From an uncultured bacterium (GTDB lineage Bacteria > Bacteroidota > Ignavibacteria > UBA10030 > BY39), in NCBI GenBank assembly GCA_937967455.1, contig CALCJK010000016.1, positions 27,485 to 91,484 on the forward strand: a stretch of 64,000 nt of DNA. The letters run 5' to 3'. This document shows, one piece after another, positions 18,731-29,849 of the stretch; the stretch's first letter is position 1, and each line of letters starts with the position of its first letter. The notes beneath the pieces are model-generated. The model saw only the letters and a list, made by a program, of their open reading frames with translations. It was not told where the DNA came from and searched no databases. A program made the translations under genes and the position numbers.

Positions 18731-20150
18731 AAAGGTTTTAAAATTCATTGTAGGAAATATTTATCGAGATTCACCGGTTCTCAAATATATAAAAAATCCA
18801 TATAACAGCGAGTTAGTTGCTGGAGTTTATTATGCACAGAAAGATGATATTGAATTAGCAATTCAAAGTTCAATTAGTGCATATAGTAGTTTTCGGTACA
18901 CACCTTCGTATAAGCGTTCCGAAATACTTGAAAAAGTAGCAAATATCATCAGCGATTGTAAATCTGAGCTGGCCAGTATTATGACAGCTGAGAGTGGAAA
19001 ACCAATAACATATTCAAATGCTGAAGTTGATAGAGCAATTTTTACATTTAAATATGCCTCTGAGGAAGCAAAAAGGATTAATGGCGAAGTTATTCCACTT
19101 GATCTAGCTCGAAATTCTGAAAGAAGATATGGTATTGTAAAAAAATTTCCTATAGGACCGATTTTAGCAATAACACCTTTTAATTTTCCGCTAAATCTTG
19201 TTGCACATAAAATTGCACCTGCAATTGCATCAGGAAATACTGTTGTTTTAAAACCAGCCCCACAAACTCCAATAATAGCAATTAGATTAACTGAAATATT
19301 AATCGAGGCTGGCTTGCCTGAAGGTGTTGTGAATATTGTCCCTTGTGAAAATGATCTTGCTGAAATGATGGTACGCGACGATAGATTTAAGATGTTAACT
19401 TTTACAGGAAGCGCTAAAGTTGGTTGGTATCTGAAATCGATTGCTGGTAAAAAGAAAGTATTACTCGAGCTTGGTGGAAATGCAGCAGCTGTGGTGGATG
19501 AATCAGCTGATATTGACTATGCTGTGAAGAAAATAGTGCTTGGAGCATATGGGCAGGCTGGACAGAGTTGTATTAAAGTTCAAAGGGTTTATGTCCATAA
19601 AAATATTTATGATATCTTTGTATCAAAATTGTTATCAGAAACCAATAAAATCATTTTTGGAGATCCTACACAACCTGATACTATTTCAGGACCACTAATT
19701 GATGAAACCGCAGCAACAAGAGTTCAGGATTGGATTCAAGAGGCAATAACGAACGGTGCAAAATTGCTAACAGGCGGTAAAAGAAATCAATTGTTAATTG
19801 AACCCACCATACTAACTGATGTTACACCAAATATGAAAGTTTTTAACGAAGAGATATTTGGTCCTGTGTTAACTCTTCATAAATTTGAGGAATTTAATCA
19901 GGTTATCGAAGCTGTAAATAATACAAGTTATGGTTTGCAGGCGGGAATTTTTTCAAATAATTATAACAACGTATTTTATGCTTATGAAAATCTTGATGTA
20001 GGTGGAGTTGTTATTAACGATTTCCCAACATATCGTATAGATCATATGCCATATGGTGGTATAAAGGATTCGGGTTTAGGACGTGAAGGGCTAAAGTACG
20101 CAATTGAAGAGATGACCGAGTCCAAACTTTTGATTTTAAATTTTATCTAA
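18714..20150 (+). CDS. NAD(P)-dependent aldehyde dehydrogenase family protein
   Basis: ALDH hallmarks are the catalytic-Glu box LELGGNAA, the catalytic-Cys box GQAGQSC, and FGPV. The start overlaps proS by 17 nt and could instead be the Met two codons downstream. Confidence 0.8.
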   Translation: MKMINEKVLKFIVGNIYRDSPVLKYIKNPYNSELVAGVYYAQKDDIELAIQSSISAYSSFRYTPSYKRSEILEKVANIISDCKSELASIMTAESGKPITYSNAEVDRAIFTFKYASEEAKRINGEVIPLDLARNSERRYGIVKKFPIGPILAITPFNFPLNLVAHKIAPAIASGNTVVLKPAPQTPIIAIRLTEILIEAGLPEGVVNIVPCENDLAEMMVRDDRFKMLTFTGSAKVGWYLKSIAGKKKVLLELGGNAAAVVDESADIDYAVKKIVLGAYGQAGQSCIKVQRVYVHKNIYDIFVSKLLSETNKIIFGDPTQPDTISGPLIDETAATRVQDWIQEAITNGAKLLTGGKRNQLLIEPTILTDVTPNMKVFNEEIFGPVLTLHKFEEFNQVIEAVNNTSYGLQAGIFSNNYNNVFYAYENLDVGGVVINDFPTYRIDHMPYGGIKDSGLGREGLKYAIEEMTESKLLILNFI

Positions 20151-20189
20151 TCTGATCATTACAAAAAGTTTACTTGAGGAACTGTATCG

Positions 20190-23100
20190 ATGCGAGAGTT
20201 TATACATTTACATAATCATTCAGATTATAGTTTGCTTGACGGTGCTGCAAGTATAGAAGCTTTAATTTCTAAAACTATCGAGTATAATATGCCTGCTGTG
20301 GCACTTACAGATCACGGTGTTATGTTTGGAGCTGTGGAGTTTATTCGAAAGGCAAAAGATGCAGGTATAAAACCCATAATAGGTTGTGAATTTTATGTGG
20401 TTACACAGGGCAGCAGATTTGAGAAACAGATTAATAATCAAAAACTAAAAGCAGGGAAAGGTAGGGGAATTTATCAACACCTTGTTTTACTTGCTAAGAA
20501 TTATCAGGGTTATAAAAATTTAATCAAGCTAACAACCTATGGACATCTTGAAGGATTTTATTACAAACCAAGAATTGATTTAGAGTTAATAAGAAAATAT
20601 TCAAATGGTTTGATTGCTCTCTCTGCTTGTCAATCAGGAATTGTTTCATCTCATATCTTAGAAGATGATGAAGAATCAGCTACGAATTCAGCATTGATTT
20701 ATAAAGAAATATTTCAAGATGATTTTTATCTTGAAATTCAAAACCACAATTTAGAATATGAAAAAAAGATTCTTGAGAAAATTCCACTTTTAGCTAAAAA
20801 GCTTGGAATAAAATTAATCGCAACTAATGATATTCATTATATTCGTCAGCAGGATGCAATTGCACACAATGTGTTATTGCTTATTTCAGAAGTTTCCGCA
20901 AATAGTGGAGTTGATTATAAGAAGTTAAAATACCAAACTGACCAGCTTTACTTTAAATCTTCTGATGAAATGTGTGAATTGTTCAAAGATTTTCCTGAAG
21001 CAATAAAATCCACTCTGGAGGTCAACGAAAAGGTTGAAAATTACGAAATAAGACCAAAAGAACCTTATTTACCAAATTATCCTATTCCTGAAGATTTAAA
21101 TGTTCTGAATCACGATCAATATCTGGCTGAGCTCGTTTACAGTAAAATAGGTGAAAGATACTCAACTATTACTCCAGAAATTGAAGCTCGCGTTAAATAT
21201 GAGTTAGATGTAATTAAAAAGATGAAGTATTCAAATTACTTTTTGGTTGTTCAGGATTTTATAAATGCTGCTCGTAAAATGGGCGTTTGTGTCGGACCTG
21301 GAAGAGGTAGTGCAGCAGGAAGTGTGGTATCGTACATATTGGGAATAATTGATGTAGATCCGTTTAAATATGATTTAATTTTTGAAAGGTTCCTAAATCC
21401 TGATCGCCAAACCTTACCCGATATTGATATTGATTTTGCTGATAATAAGAGGGATATGGTAATTGAATATGTAAGGAAAAAATATGGAGAAAATTCTGTA
21501 GCACAAATAATAACATTTGGAACACTGTCCTCTCGAGCGGTTATTAGAGATGTTGGGAGAGTATTGGGTATAGAACTAAGTGTAATAGATTCCATCTCCA
21601 AATTAATACCACAAATTCAGGGTAAGGTTTTAAAACTGGATGAAGCTATTAATTCCGTTCCTGAACTTAAATGGGTAAAAGAAAGCAATGATCCTAAAAT
21701 AATTGAACTAGTTGAAATATCAATGGTTCTTGAAGGATTAAACAGGAATGCATCAATGCATGCATCAGGAATAGTAATTGCTCCAGGTGATATAAGCGAT
21801 TATGTGCCTCTTTATGCTACACCTCAAACTGCTCCTATGACTCAGTATGCTATGAACGAACTCGAGAGTGTAGGACTCTTAAAAATGGATTTTTTAGGTT
21901 TACGTACATTAACCATCAACGAAAATACAATAAATCTTATAAAGCAAAATCAAAATGTTGAAATAGATCTAAAAAAAATTCCTGAAAATGATCAAAAAGT
22001 ATTTGAAATATTTCAAAAAGGACATACCACAGGAGTATTCCAGTTTGAATCTCAGGGTATGCGGGAGTCGCTTATAAAACTTAAACCAACTTCTATTAAC
22101 GAGCTTGTTGCAATGAACGCTCTATATCGTCCTGGTCCAATGCAAATGATTGATGATTATATTAAAAGAAAGAAAGGAATACAGAAAATCCAGTATCTGC
22201 ATCCAAAAATGGAACCAATTCTAAAAGAGACATATGGTGTTATGGTATACCAGGAACAGGTGATCAGAATTGCAAATGAAATTGCTGGTTTATCACTTGC
22301 AGAAGCAGATCGTATGCGTAGAGCAATAGGGAAAAAAGATGCAGCCTCAATGGCTAATATGAAAAGTAAATTTATCCAGGGTGCAAAGTCAAAAGGGATT
22401 AGCGAAAAAATTGCAAATGAAATCTTTGAAATGATAGAAAAATTTGCAAACTATGGTTTTAATAAATCGCATAGTGTAGCATATGCAGTTTTAGCATATC
22501 AAAATGCCTATCTTAAAACTTATTTTCCAGTTGAATTTATGGCAGCAACTATGTCCGCAGAAATTGGAAATACTGATTATATAGTAGAATTAATTGAAGA
22601 AGCACATCGACTGGGAATTAAGATCTTGCCTCCTGATGTTAATGAGAGCGATATTGACTTCAAGATTACAAAAGACGGGATTAGGTTTGGATTAAGTGCT
22701 ATTAAAAATGTTGGAGTTGGTGCAGTGGAAAAAATAATCGAGGCGAGAGAATCAGGTAAGTTTAAAAATTTATTCGATTTTTGCACGCGTGTGGGTTCAA
22801 AAAGTGCAAATAAGAAAATTCTTGAGAGTTTAACAATGGCAGGAGCATTTGACTCTATCAACAAAGATAGGGCAAAAATATTCGCTTCTATTGAAAAAGC
22901 AATTCAATTTGGACAAAAACATAAAGAAAATATAATTCGTGGGCAAAGTACTCTATTTGAATCTTCTGCTAATTCAGATATTACTTTCGAGTATCCTTCG
23001 CTAGTTGATGCAAAACCCTGGACAGATACAGAAATATTAGCAAATGAAAAAAAAGTTTTAGGTTTTTATATATCAGGTCATCCACTTAGAAAATATGAAA

Positions 23101-23648
23101 GGGAAATAAAAGCCACATCTAATGTAAAATTTTCCTCCTTGGAAACTGTTAAAAATGGAACTATAGTTAAAAATTCAGGTATTGTCGTGGAGATTAAGAA
23201 AAAGTATGATCGCAACAACAAGTTGATGGCTTTTATTACACTTGAAGATTTTACAGGTAAAGCTGAAGTTACTGTCTTCTCAAAAGTTTATGATAAATAT
23301 GCAAATCTCCTGAAAGAAGATGCAATGCTCTATGTTATTGGTAGATTTGATAGGGGTAAAATCCTTGCCGAAGAGTTTTATACAGTAGAGGATTTAAAAG
23401 AAAAATTTGTAAAAGGTATTGTGATATCTCTTGATATAAACAAATCTGATTTGTCGTCCGTGGATGAATTAAAAAAACTCTTTGAGAAAAGTAAAGGTAA
23501 GTATACACCGATTATTGAAGTGAGTGGTTTTGAGAATGAAAAGATTAGAGCATTTAGTTTGGACGCTAAATATAAAATTAGTCTTGAACAAACTTTTCTT
23601 GAAAAAATTCAGAAGGTTAAAGGTGTTGAATCTATTCGTTTTTCATAA
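20190..23648 (+). CDS. dnaE: DNA polymerase III alpha subunit
   Basis: The N-terminus has the PHP domain FIHLHNHSDYSLLDG. The 1152-aa length and the polymerase core motifs fit. Confidence 0.92.
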   Translation: MREFIHLHNHSDYSLLDGAASIEALISKTIEYNMPAVALTDHGVMFGAVEFIRKAKDAGIKPIIGCEFYVVTQGSRFEKQINNQKLKAGKGRGIYQHLVLLAKNYQGYKNLIKLTTYGHLEGFYYKPRIDLELIRKYSNGLIALSACQSGIVSSHILEDDEESATNSALIYKEIFQDDFYLEIQNHNLEYEKKILEKIPLLAKKLGIKLIATNDIHYIRQQDAIAHNVLLLISEVSANSGVDYKKLKYQTDQLYFKSSDEMCELFKDFPEAIKSTLEVNEKVENYEIRPKEPYLPNYPIPEDLNVLNHDQYLAELVYSKIGERYSTITPEIEARVKYELDVIKKMKYSNYFLVVQDFINAARKMGVCVGPGRGSAAGSVVSYILGIIDVDPFKYDLIFERFLNPDRQTLPDIDIDFADNKRDMVIEYVRKKYGENSVAQIITFGTLSSRAVIRDVGRVLGIELSVIDSISKLIPQIQGKVLKLDEAINSVPELKWVKESNDPKIIELVEISMVLEGLNRNASMHASGIVIAPGDISDYVPLYATPQTAPMTQYAMNELESVGLLKMDFLGLRTLTINENTINLIKQNQNVEIDLKKIPENDQKVFEIFQKGHTTGVFQFESQGMRESLIKLKPTSINELVAMNALYRPGPMQMIDDYIKRKKGIQKIQYLHPKMEPILKETYGVMVYQEQVIRIANEIAGLSLAEADRMRRAIGKKDAASMANMKSKFIQGAKSKGISEKIANEIFEMIEKFANYGFNKSHSVAYAVLAYQNAYLKTYFPVEFMAATMSAEIGNTDYIVELIEEAHRLGIKILPPDVNESDIDFKITKDGIRFGLSAIKNVGVGAVEKIIEARESGKFKNLFDFCTRVGSKSANKKILESLTMAGAFDSINKDRAKIFASIEKAIQFGQKHKENIIRGQSTLFESSANSDITFEYPSLVDAKPWTDTEILANEKKVLGFYISGHPLRKYEREIKATSNVKFSSLETVKNGTIVKNSGIVVEIKKKYDRNNKLMAFITLEDFTGKAEVTVFSKVYDKYANLLKEDAMLYVIGRFDRGKILAEEFYTVEDLKEKFVKGIVISLDINKSDLSSVDELKKLFEKSKGKYTPIIEVSGFENEKIRAFSLDAKYKISLEQTFLEKIQKVKGVESIRFS

Positions 23649-23677
23649 TATAGTAAAACAAAAAATAAAGGAGCAAA

Positions 23678-24001
23678 ATGAAACCAATTACAATCACAGA
23701 TGAAACATTTGAAAATGAAGTATTAAAATCAGATAAGCCAGTATTGATAGATTTCTGGGCTATTTGGTGTGGACCATGTAAAATGATTGCACCAATAGTC
23801 GATGAAATTGCAAATGAATATAATGACAAGTTAAAAGTATGTAAATTAGATGTGGATGCGAATCCAAAATCAGCAATGCAATATGGAATTAGAAGTATTC
23901 CAACATTGTTGATATTTAAAAATGGTCAGGTTGTGGAACAAATAGTTGGTGCGATACCTAAAAATAAGCTAGTCGAAAAAATACTACCTCATATTAATTG
24001 A
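23678..24001 (+). CDS. trxA: thioredoxin
   Basis: The WCGPCK active site is present, the size is 107 aa, and AAAGGAG sits 8 nt upstream. Confidence 0.9.
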   Translation: MKPITITDETFENEVLKSDKPVLIDFWAIWCGPCKMIAPIVDEIANEYNDKLKVCKLDVDANPKSAMQYGIRSIPTLLIFKNGQVVEQIVGAIPKNKLVEKILPHIN

Positions 24002-24025
24002 TTATTCTAACTTTAGAAAGGAATA

Positions 24026-24058
24026 ACTGCCCGATAGGTTTCGGGCAGTTTTGTTTTA
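24026..24058. terminator. bidirectional rho-independent terminator between convergent trxA and valS
   Basis: A GC-rich stem ACTGCCCG/CGGGCAGT with loop ATAGGTTT is followed by TTTTGTTTT on the plus strand and by an A/T-rich run on the minus strand. Confidence 0.6.
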
Positions 24059-26761
24059 TAAGAGATTTTCTAAATTTTTTCTTAATTTGGAAAGAGTTAA
24101 TCTAAAATTTTCTAACTTCCTTTTTTCGTTTTCAACAATCTCCTGAGGGGCTTTTTCTATGAAATTCTGATTGGATAATTTTTTCTCAATACCTTGTATC
24201 ATTGAATCAACTCTATCAATTTCCTTTTGAATCCGGTTTTTTTCTATCTCTAAATCTATAATACCTTCTAATGGTATGTAAATTTCTGTATTATCTACAA
24301 CAGCTGAAGCTGAGTGTTTTGGTCTTTGATCAGTAACAATTACTTCAGAAGCCTTGGTTAAACGTTTTAAATAAATTTCATAGTTCTTTACTAACTTTTC
24401 TTCCGCAGTTTTGTGAAAATTCATTAATATTTTAATTTCCTGGTTTATAGGTACATTTAGTTCGCCCCTGATTGTTCTGATAGCATTCACAACATTTTGC
24501 ATAAATAATGTATTTTTTTCAATATCTTTGTTGATCCAGGAATTCTGGCATTCTGGAAATTTTGAAATCATTATACTTTCTCCAGAATTTCTTTTTGCAA
24601 TATTTTGCCAGATTTCTTCTGTGACGAATGGCATAAAAGGATGTAGCATTTTCAAAATTTGTTCATAGATATAGAAAGCTCTTTCTAAAATATTTTTACT
24701 AACTGCATATTGTTCATTTTTATATAATCTAGATTTTATCATTTCAAGATACCAGTCGCAGTAATCATGCCATATAAAATCGTAGAGTATTTTTGTGGCA
24801 TTGTTAATATGAAAGTTTTCTAATGAGTCGTTAAGATCCGTTATTGTAGAATTTAGTTTCGATAAAATCCATTTATCGGATAAATCCAGATCTTTATCGT
24901 TAACTTCATCGGAAGATTTATAGTAAAAATCTGGTATCTGCTCTGAATTCATTATGAGGAAACGACCAGCATTCCAAATTTTATTTGCAAAGTTTCTTCC
25001 AATTTCACATTTTTCGTTTGAATATAAAACATCCTGGCCAAGAGGTGCAAGATAAAGTATTGTAAATCTTAATGCGTCTGCCCCATATTCTGAAATCACA
25101 TCTAAAGGATCAGGAGAATTTCCTAAGGACTTGCTCATTTTTCTGCCTTGAGAATCTCTTATAATGCTGGTGAAATATACATTTTTAAATGGTACAATTT
25201 CTTCGTCTTTTGTCCTCTTCGAGCCATCGGGTAGAGGGATATCTCCGGCAAATTCCATGGCAGCCATAATCATTCTTGCTACCCAGAAAAATATTATATC
25301 TGGACCAGTAACTAGGGTATCTGTGGGATAAAAGTATCTGAGGTCTTCATTATCATGAGGCCATCCGAGTGTAGAAAATGGCCATAACCAGGATGATGCC
25401 CAGGTATCAAGCACATCATCATCTTGCCTGTAGCTCTTGCTCCCACAATTTGTACAAGCTTCCTCGGGTTCTTTCTTACTGGCAACTATTTGATTACATG
25501 AGTTACAGTACCAAATTGGAATACGATGCCCCCACCAGAGTTGACGAGAAATACACCAATCCCTAATGTTATTCATCCAGTGTTCGTAAACTTTGACCCA
25601 TCTGTCTGGATAAAATTTAATAGTACCATTAAGCACTACTCTCAAAGCTGGTTCAGCTAAAGGCTTCATCTTTATAAACCATTGATCGGATAGATATGGC
25701 TCTATAATTGTGTTACATCGATAACACCTACCGACTGCATGAGTATGTGGTTCAATTTTATCTATTAATCCAAGATTTTCTAAATCTTTAACCACTTCCA
25801 TTCTTGCTTCAAATCTATCTTTTCCTCGATACTTTTCTGGTGCATTTTCATTTAAATTTGCAGATATATCGAATATATTGATTTGTTCTAAATTGTTTCT
25901 GATTCCTATCCAGTAATCATTTGGATCGTGTGCTGGTGTAACTTTTACTATGCCTGTTCCAAATGATGGGTCAACAAAATCATCTGCAATAATTGGAATT
26001 TTTCTATTAGTAAGTGGGAGATTGACATATTTACCAATAAGTTGCTGGTATCTCTGATCCCCAGGATTTATAGCGACAGCGGTATCTCCAAGCATTGTCT
26101 CTGGACGTGTTGTGGCAACAACTATATATTGATCTGAATCAGTTAAAGGATATTTTATATACCAGAGATGTCCATTCTGTTCTATGTGGTTTACTTCATC
26201 ATCACTTATTGCAGTATGATCTTTAGGACACCAGTTTACAATATATTTACCTTTGTAAATTAAGCCTTTCTTATATAATCTTATAAATACTTCTTGTACA
26301 GCTTCTGATAAACCCTCATCCATTGTAAATCTTTCTCTATCCCAGTCACATGAAGCTCCTAATTTTTTCAGTTGCTTGATAATCGTACCTCCGTATTCAT
26401 TTTTCCATTGCCAAACTCTTTCTAAGAATTTTTCTCTACCTAATTTTTGTCGAGTTATTCCTTCTTTTAGAAGTGCTTTCTCGACAACATTTTGAGTTGC
26501 AATTCCCGCATGATCAGTACCAGGCATCCATAAAGTTTCATATCCTTGCATTCTTTTCCATCTTATAAATACATCCTGGATAGTGTTGTTTAACACATGA
26601 CCCATAGTAAGTATACCAGTTATATTAGGCGGAGGTATTACTATTGTGTATGGCTTCTTTTTTGGGTTCGCTTTAGCGTGAAAAAATTTTTGCTTTTCCC
26701 AATAACTATACCACTTCTCTTCGGCTTCCTTGGGATTATATGTTTTTTCTAAATGGGGCAT
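24056..26761 (-). CDS. valS: valyl-tRNA synthetase
   Basis: The HIGH region (PPPNITGILTMGHVL) and the KMSKS region (KMSKSLGN) are present. The C-terminal coiled coil and the 901-aa length fit. Confidence 0.92.
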   Translation of the reverse strand: MPHLEKTYNPKEAEEKWYSYWEKQKFFHAKANPKKKPYTIVIPPPNITGILTMGHVLNNTIQDVFIRWKRMQGYETLWMPGTDHAGIATQNVVEKALLKEGITRQKLGREKFLERVWQWKNEYGGTIIKQLKKLGASCDWDRERFTMDEGLSEAVQEVFIRLYKKGLIYKGKYIVNWCPKDHTAISDDEVNHIEQNGHLWYIKYPLTDSDQYIVVATTRPETMLGDTAVAINPGDQRYQQLIGKYVNLPLTNRKIPIIADDFVDPSFGTGIVKVTPAHDPNDYWIGIRNNLEQINIFDISANLNENAPEKYRGKDRFEARMEVVKDLENLGLIDKIEPHTHAVGRCYRCNTIIEPYLSDQWFIKMKPLAEPALRVVLNGTIKFYPDRWVKVYEHWMNNIRDWCISRQLWWGHRIPIWYCNSCNQIVASKKEPEEACTNCGSKSYRQDDDVLDTWASSWLWPFSTLGWPHDNEDLRYFYPTDTLVTGPDIIFFWVARMIMAAMEFAGDIPLPDGSKRTKDEEIVPFKNVYFTSIIRDSQGRKMSKSLGNSPDPLDVISEYGADALRFTILYLAPLGQDVLYSNEKCEIGRNFANKIWNAGRFLIMNSEQIPDFYYKSSDEVNDKDLDLSDKWILSKLNSTITDLNDSLENFHINNATKILYDFIWHDYCDWYLEMIKSRLYKNEQYAVSKNILERAFYIYEQILKMLHPFMPFVTEEIWQNIAKRNSGESIMISKFPECQNSWINKDIEKNTLFMQNVVNAIRTIRGELNVPINQEIKILMNFHKTAEEKLVKNYEIYLKRLTKASEVIVTDQRPKHSASAVVDNTEIYIPLEGIIDLEIEKNRIQKEIDRVDSMIQGIEKKLSNQNFIEKAPQEIVENEKRKLENFRLTLSKLRKNLENLL

Positions 26762-26787
26762 CTTTCTTGGAACCTTGTTTTTTTATG

Positions 26788-29064
26788 TTAAAATTTTTTA
26801 AAATACTTTCCAATGTTTCCTGCTTTATCATAAATTTCTACTTCTAGAGAATATAAATTTTTTATACTTTGTTCTACCAATTGGTATTTAAGAGTTTTTT
26901 TCTCTTCATCAATTTCAGGTATTACAAATTCATTATTAATATAAAATTTAATTTTATTGTAATCTATTCCAGATAGATCATCTTTGAATTTTAACGATAT
27001 AAATGAAGTTTTTCTTGTTTTCTTAATATTTAATAATCCAATAAACGGGGGGGATGTATCCCTTAATAGTGCAACATCTGTTAATGTACTAGAAAATTTT
27101 GCCTTTAGATAATTTGATTCAATACCACCATTCCAATTTTGTATGATCCATTTTCCATTCTTTGCAAAATAGATCCTATCCGATTCTGAACCTGATCTCA
27201 CTAAAATCTCGATACCTTTTTTTAGTGGTACATCCTGAGGATTAAATTTGTAAATTTTTATTCCATTTTCTTCAACCGAATCTATTGTAATTATAAAATC
27301 CTCAAAAATTGAATTTTTATCATAATTAATTATTATCTTTCCGCTATCAATGTTAAATGAATCTGCTTTATTAGCTACTAACGGATAAATAAAAAATTTT
27401 CCTGTAGTTCCTATTATTTGATTGTCATTCAGGTTTATAGCTTTAATTTCTCTATGTCCTTTATACTGCGGGTTTGGTTCTATATATCCTATATATTCAT
27501 TGTCTTTTGTTTTTTTTAAGGCTATTTCTCTAACCTTACTGCCTTCTGCTAAAATCACATTTATATTTGATAGAATTGGTTGTTTTGTTTTAAGTATACA
27601 CTTGATTTTATTTTTGTAAATTTCATGGTGAATTGAAAAATTTCCAGTCTTATTTACAGGTTTGTAAATTATTGGTATTGTAGTTTTTCTTTCGTTGTTT
27701 ACTCCCCAAATTTTTATATAATCATTTTTTCTTGTTTGTAGATGAATTACTAGTATGGAATCTAGTATCTTGAAATCTCTTTTTTTAAATTCTAATTTTT
27801 TAATATTTTTTTTCGTTTCATTTTTTATCTCGATAATAATAGATTCAAGTTTTTCGATGTTTTCACATTCTAATTTAATTAGCGAATCTGATATGCTCAA
27901 AAGTTGTATTGATGGGGAGTTGTCAACTATTAGTGTGCCGCTTATAGTTGATTCGTTTTGTGAGAAATCGCTAATAACAATTTTAAATGTATTTGTGTGA
28001 TTAGATAATTTGGAACAATCGATAATTCCACTTCCATATGGGAAACGATTGTAAATTGGTAGATTATTACCATGTTCGACATATAATTTTTGGAATTTCC
28101 CTTTTCTTTTTTTAATAAGATTTAGATCATAGTGTAAAAGTATTTGGTCTGAGAATTCTGATGGTATTCTATCGTATTGAAGTTGATAAATTAGAGAATC
28201 GTTTAGAAAAAGTTTTATTTTATAAACGCCTGTTCTGGAAGAATATTCATTACCAAAGTCTTTTGTCTCAATTCCAAGTTTAATTTTGCCTTTTACTATA
28301 ATCGGTTTTGAAATTTTATAATTTTGAGCATTACTTTGAATGTTTATAAAATAATATTCTTCTTTGCCAAAAACACTCGAATATTCTCCAGCAGGAGCTA
28401 TGTACAATTTTTTAATTAGAGGCGGTGTACTATCATTAATTTTAAGATTTGTAAAAAGTGCGGGGTTCACAGGATTCAAATTTTCATCCAGAATTTCAAA
28501 ATGTAGATGTGGAGGACCAGCGCCTGTGCCACCAGTGTATGCAATAAATTCATTTTTCTCAACAGGGAGAACCGAGGAATCTAACCAGACATCAACAAAA
28601 TAACTTGCTCTTTTTATTTGTTCCTTATATAATACAGTTTTTATCTTACTACTGAAATCTTTTAAATGTGCATAGGTGGTATAATAACCATCATTGTGAC
28701 GCAGATAAAGCATTTTTCCGTATCCATTTGGAAGAATTTGAATCCTAGCTACATAACCCGATCTGGATGCAAAAACTTTAAAACCCTCCTTTAAGTGAGT
28801 ACTAATATCAATTCCACCATGAAAATGTGTTGGTCTATATTCTGCAAATGATGAGGTAATTTTGTAGCTTGCATCAGTTGGCCAAATATATTCCGTTAAA
28901 TCAGGCGTTAATTTACTAAATGGTTCGTAGACTAAATTGATGGGATCGTTGTTCTTTACTGAAGAGTTTCCATAGTAGTTGTGATTATTTATTTTATCAA
29001 AATTAAAAATTAAATAAACAAACAAAACAATGTAAAATTGTATTTTATATTTGAGCACTATCAA
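26788..29064 (-). CDS. large secreted M23-family metallopeptidase domain protein with ~550-aa uncharacterised C-terminal extension
   Basis: A signal peptide is followed by the M23 motifs HFHGGIDI (HxxxD) and PPHLHFEI (HxH). The remainder has no recognised motif. Confidence 0.7.
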   Translation of the reverse strand: MIVLKYKIQFYIVLFVYLIFNFDKINNHNYYGNSSVKNNDPINLVYEPFSKLTPDLTEYIWPTDASYKITSSFAEYRPTHFHGGIDISTHLKEGFKVFASRSGYVARIQILPNGYGKMLYLRHNDGYYTTYAHLKDFSSKIKTVLYKEQIKRASYFVDVWLDSSVLPVEKNEFIAYTGGTGAGPPHLHFEILDENLNPVNPALFTNLKINDSTPPLIKKLYIAPAGEYSSVFGKEEYYFINIQSNAQNYKISKPIIVKGKIKLGIETKDFGNEYSSRTGVYKIKLFLNDSLIYQLQYDRIPSEFSDQILLHYDLNLIKKRKGKFQKLYVEHGNNLPIYNRFPYGSGIIDCSKLSNHTNTFKIVISDFSQNESTISGTLIVDNSPSIQLLSISDSLIKLECENIEKLESIIIEIKNETKKNIKKLEFKKRDFKILDSILVIHLQTRKNDYIKIWGVNNERKTTIPIIYKPVNKTGNFSIHHEIYKNKIKCILKTKQPILSNINVILAEGSKVREIALKKTKDNEYIGYIEPNPQYKGHREIKAINLNDNQIIGTTGKFFIYPLVANKADSFNIDSGKIIINYDKNSIFEDFIITIDSVEENGIKIYKFNPQDVPLKKGIEILVRSGSESDRIYFAKNGKWIIQNWNGGIESNYLKAKFSSTLTDVALLRDTSPPFIGLLNIKKTRKTSFISLKFKDDLSGIDYNKIKFYINNEFVIPEIDEEKKTLKYQLVEQSIKNLYSLEVEIYDKAGNIGKYFKKF

Positions 29065-29726
29065 TAGGATGATTTTACTGAATTATTGATTTTAATGATC
29101 CCACTAATTTCAGCTTCTAAGATGTCTCCATCTACCACCTGAGCAACACCCGCAGGTGTTCCAGTAAAAATTAAATCACCTCTTTCAAGAGTAAATATCG
29201 AAGATATATATTCAATAAGTTGGTCAATTTTAAATATCATTTTATTAGTTGTATCCTGTTGTCGAATTTTGCCGTTAACTTTGCAAACTAATTCTAATTG
29301 ATGAGGATCATCAATTTGGTCAGCTAATATGACATCGGAAATTGGAGCAGATGTATCGAATCCTTTTGCAATTGTCCAGGGTAATCCTTTTTTCTTAGCC
29401 TCATCCTGCACATCTCGTAAAGTCATATCAAGTCCCACTGCATATCCTAAAACATATTCATATGCATCTTTTTTGCTAATATTTTTACCTTCTTTAGCAA
29501 TAACAACCACTAATTCAACCTCATGATGTAAATTATGTGAAATCTTAGGTATATGTATAATATCTCCATTGTATATTAATGCAGTTGACGGTTTCAGAAA
29601 TAATACAGGTTTTTGTGGGATTTCAGATTTCATCTCGGCGGCATGTTCTATATAATTGCGACCAATACATAGAATTTTACCTACTGAAATTAATTCGTTG
29701 GTATTTTTAATCTTAACTTGTTTCAT
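29061..29726 (-). CDS. fumarylacetoacetate hydrolase (FAH) family protein
   Basis: The FAH-fold motifs HHEVELVVVI, VGLDMTLRD and GDLIFTGTPAGV are present. The size is 221 aa. Confidence 0.75.
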   Translation of the reverse strand: MKQVKIKNTNELISVGKILCIGRNYIEHAAEMKSEIPQKPVLFLKPSTALIYNGDIIHIPKISHNLHHEVELVVVIAKEGKNISKKDAYEYVLGYAVGLDMTLRDVQDEAKKKGLPWTIAKGFDTSAPISDVILADQIDDPHQLELVCKVNGKIRQQDTTNKMIFKIDQLIEYISSIFTLERGDLIFTGTPAGVAQVVDGDILEAEISGIIKINNSVKSSY

Positions 29727-29849
29727 AAAATTTTAGAAAATATAATCACAAATTTGTTATTCTGCAAAATTTAGTTTTTGCATTTTTTTAAAAATTATAC
29801 TTTATTAGGTACAAATTATATGTTTAATTATTTCGTTTATTATTAAATT

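Noticed and set aside
29727-29849. Possible purine riboswitch upstream of purM
   Set aside because: The 123-nt AT-rich divergent intergenic region shows no conserved purine-aptamer helices or loop motifs that I can recognise. It was treated as a plain divergent promoter region.
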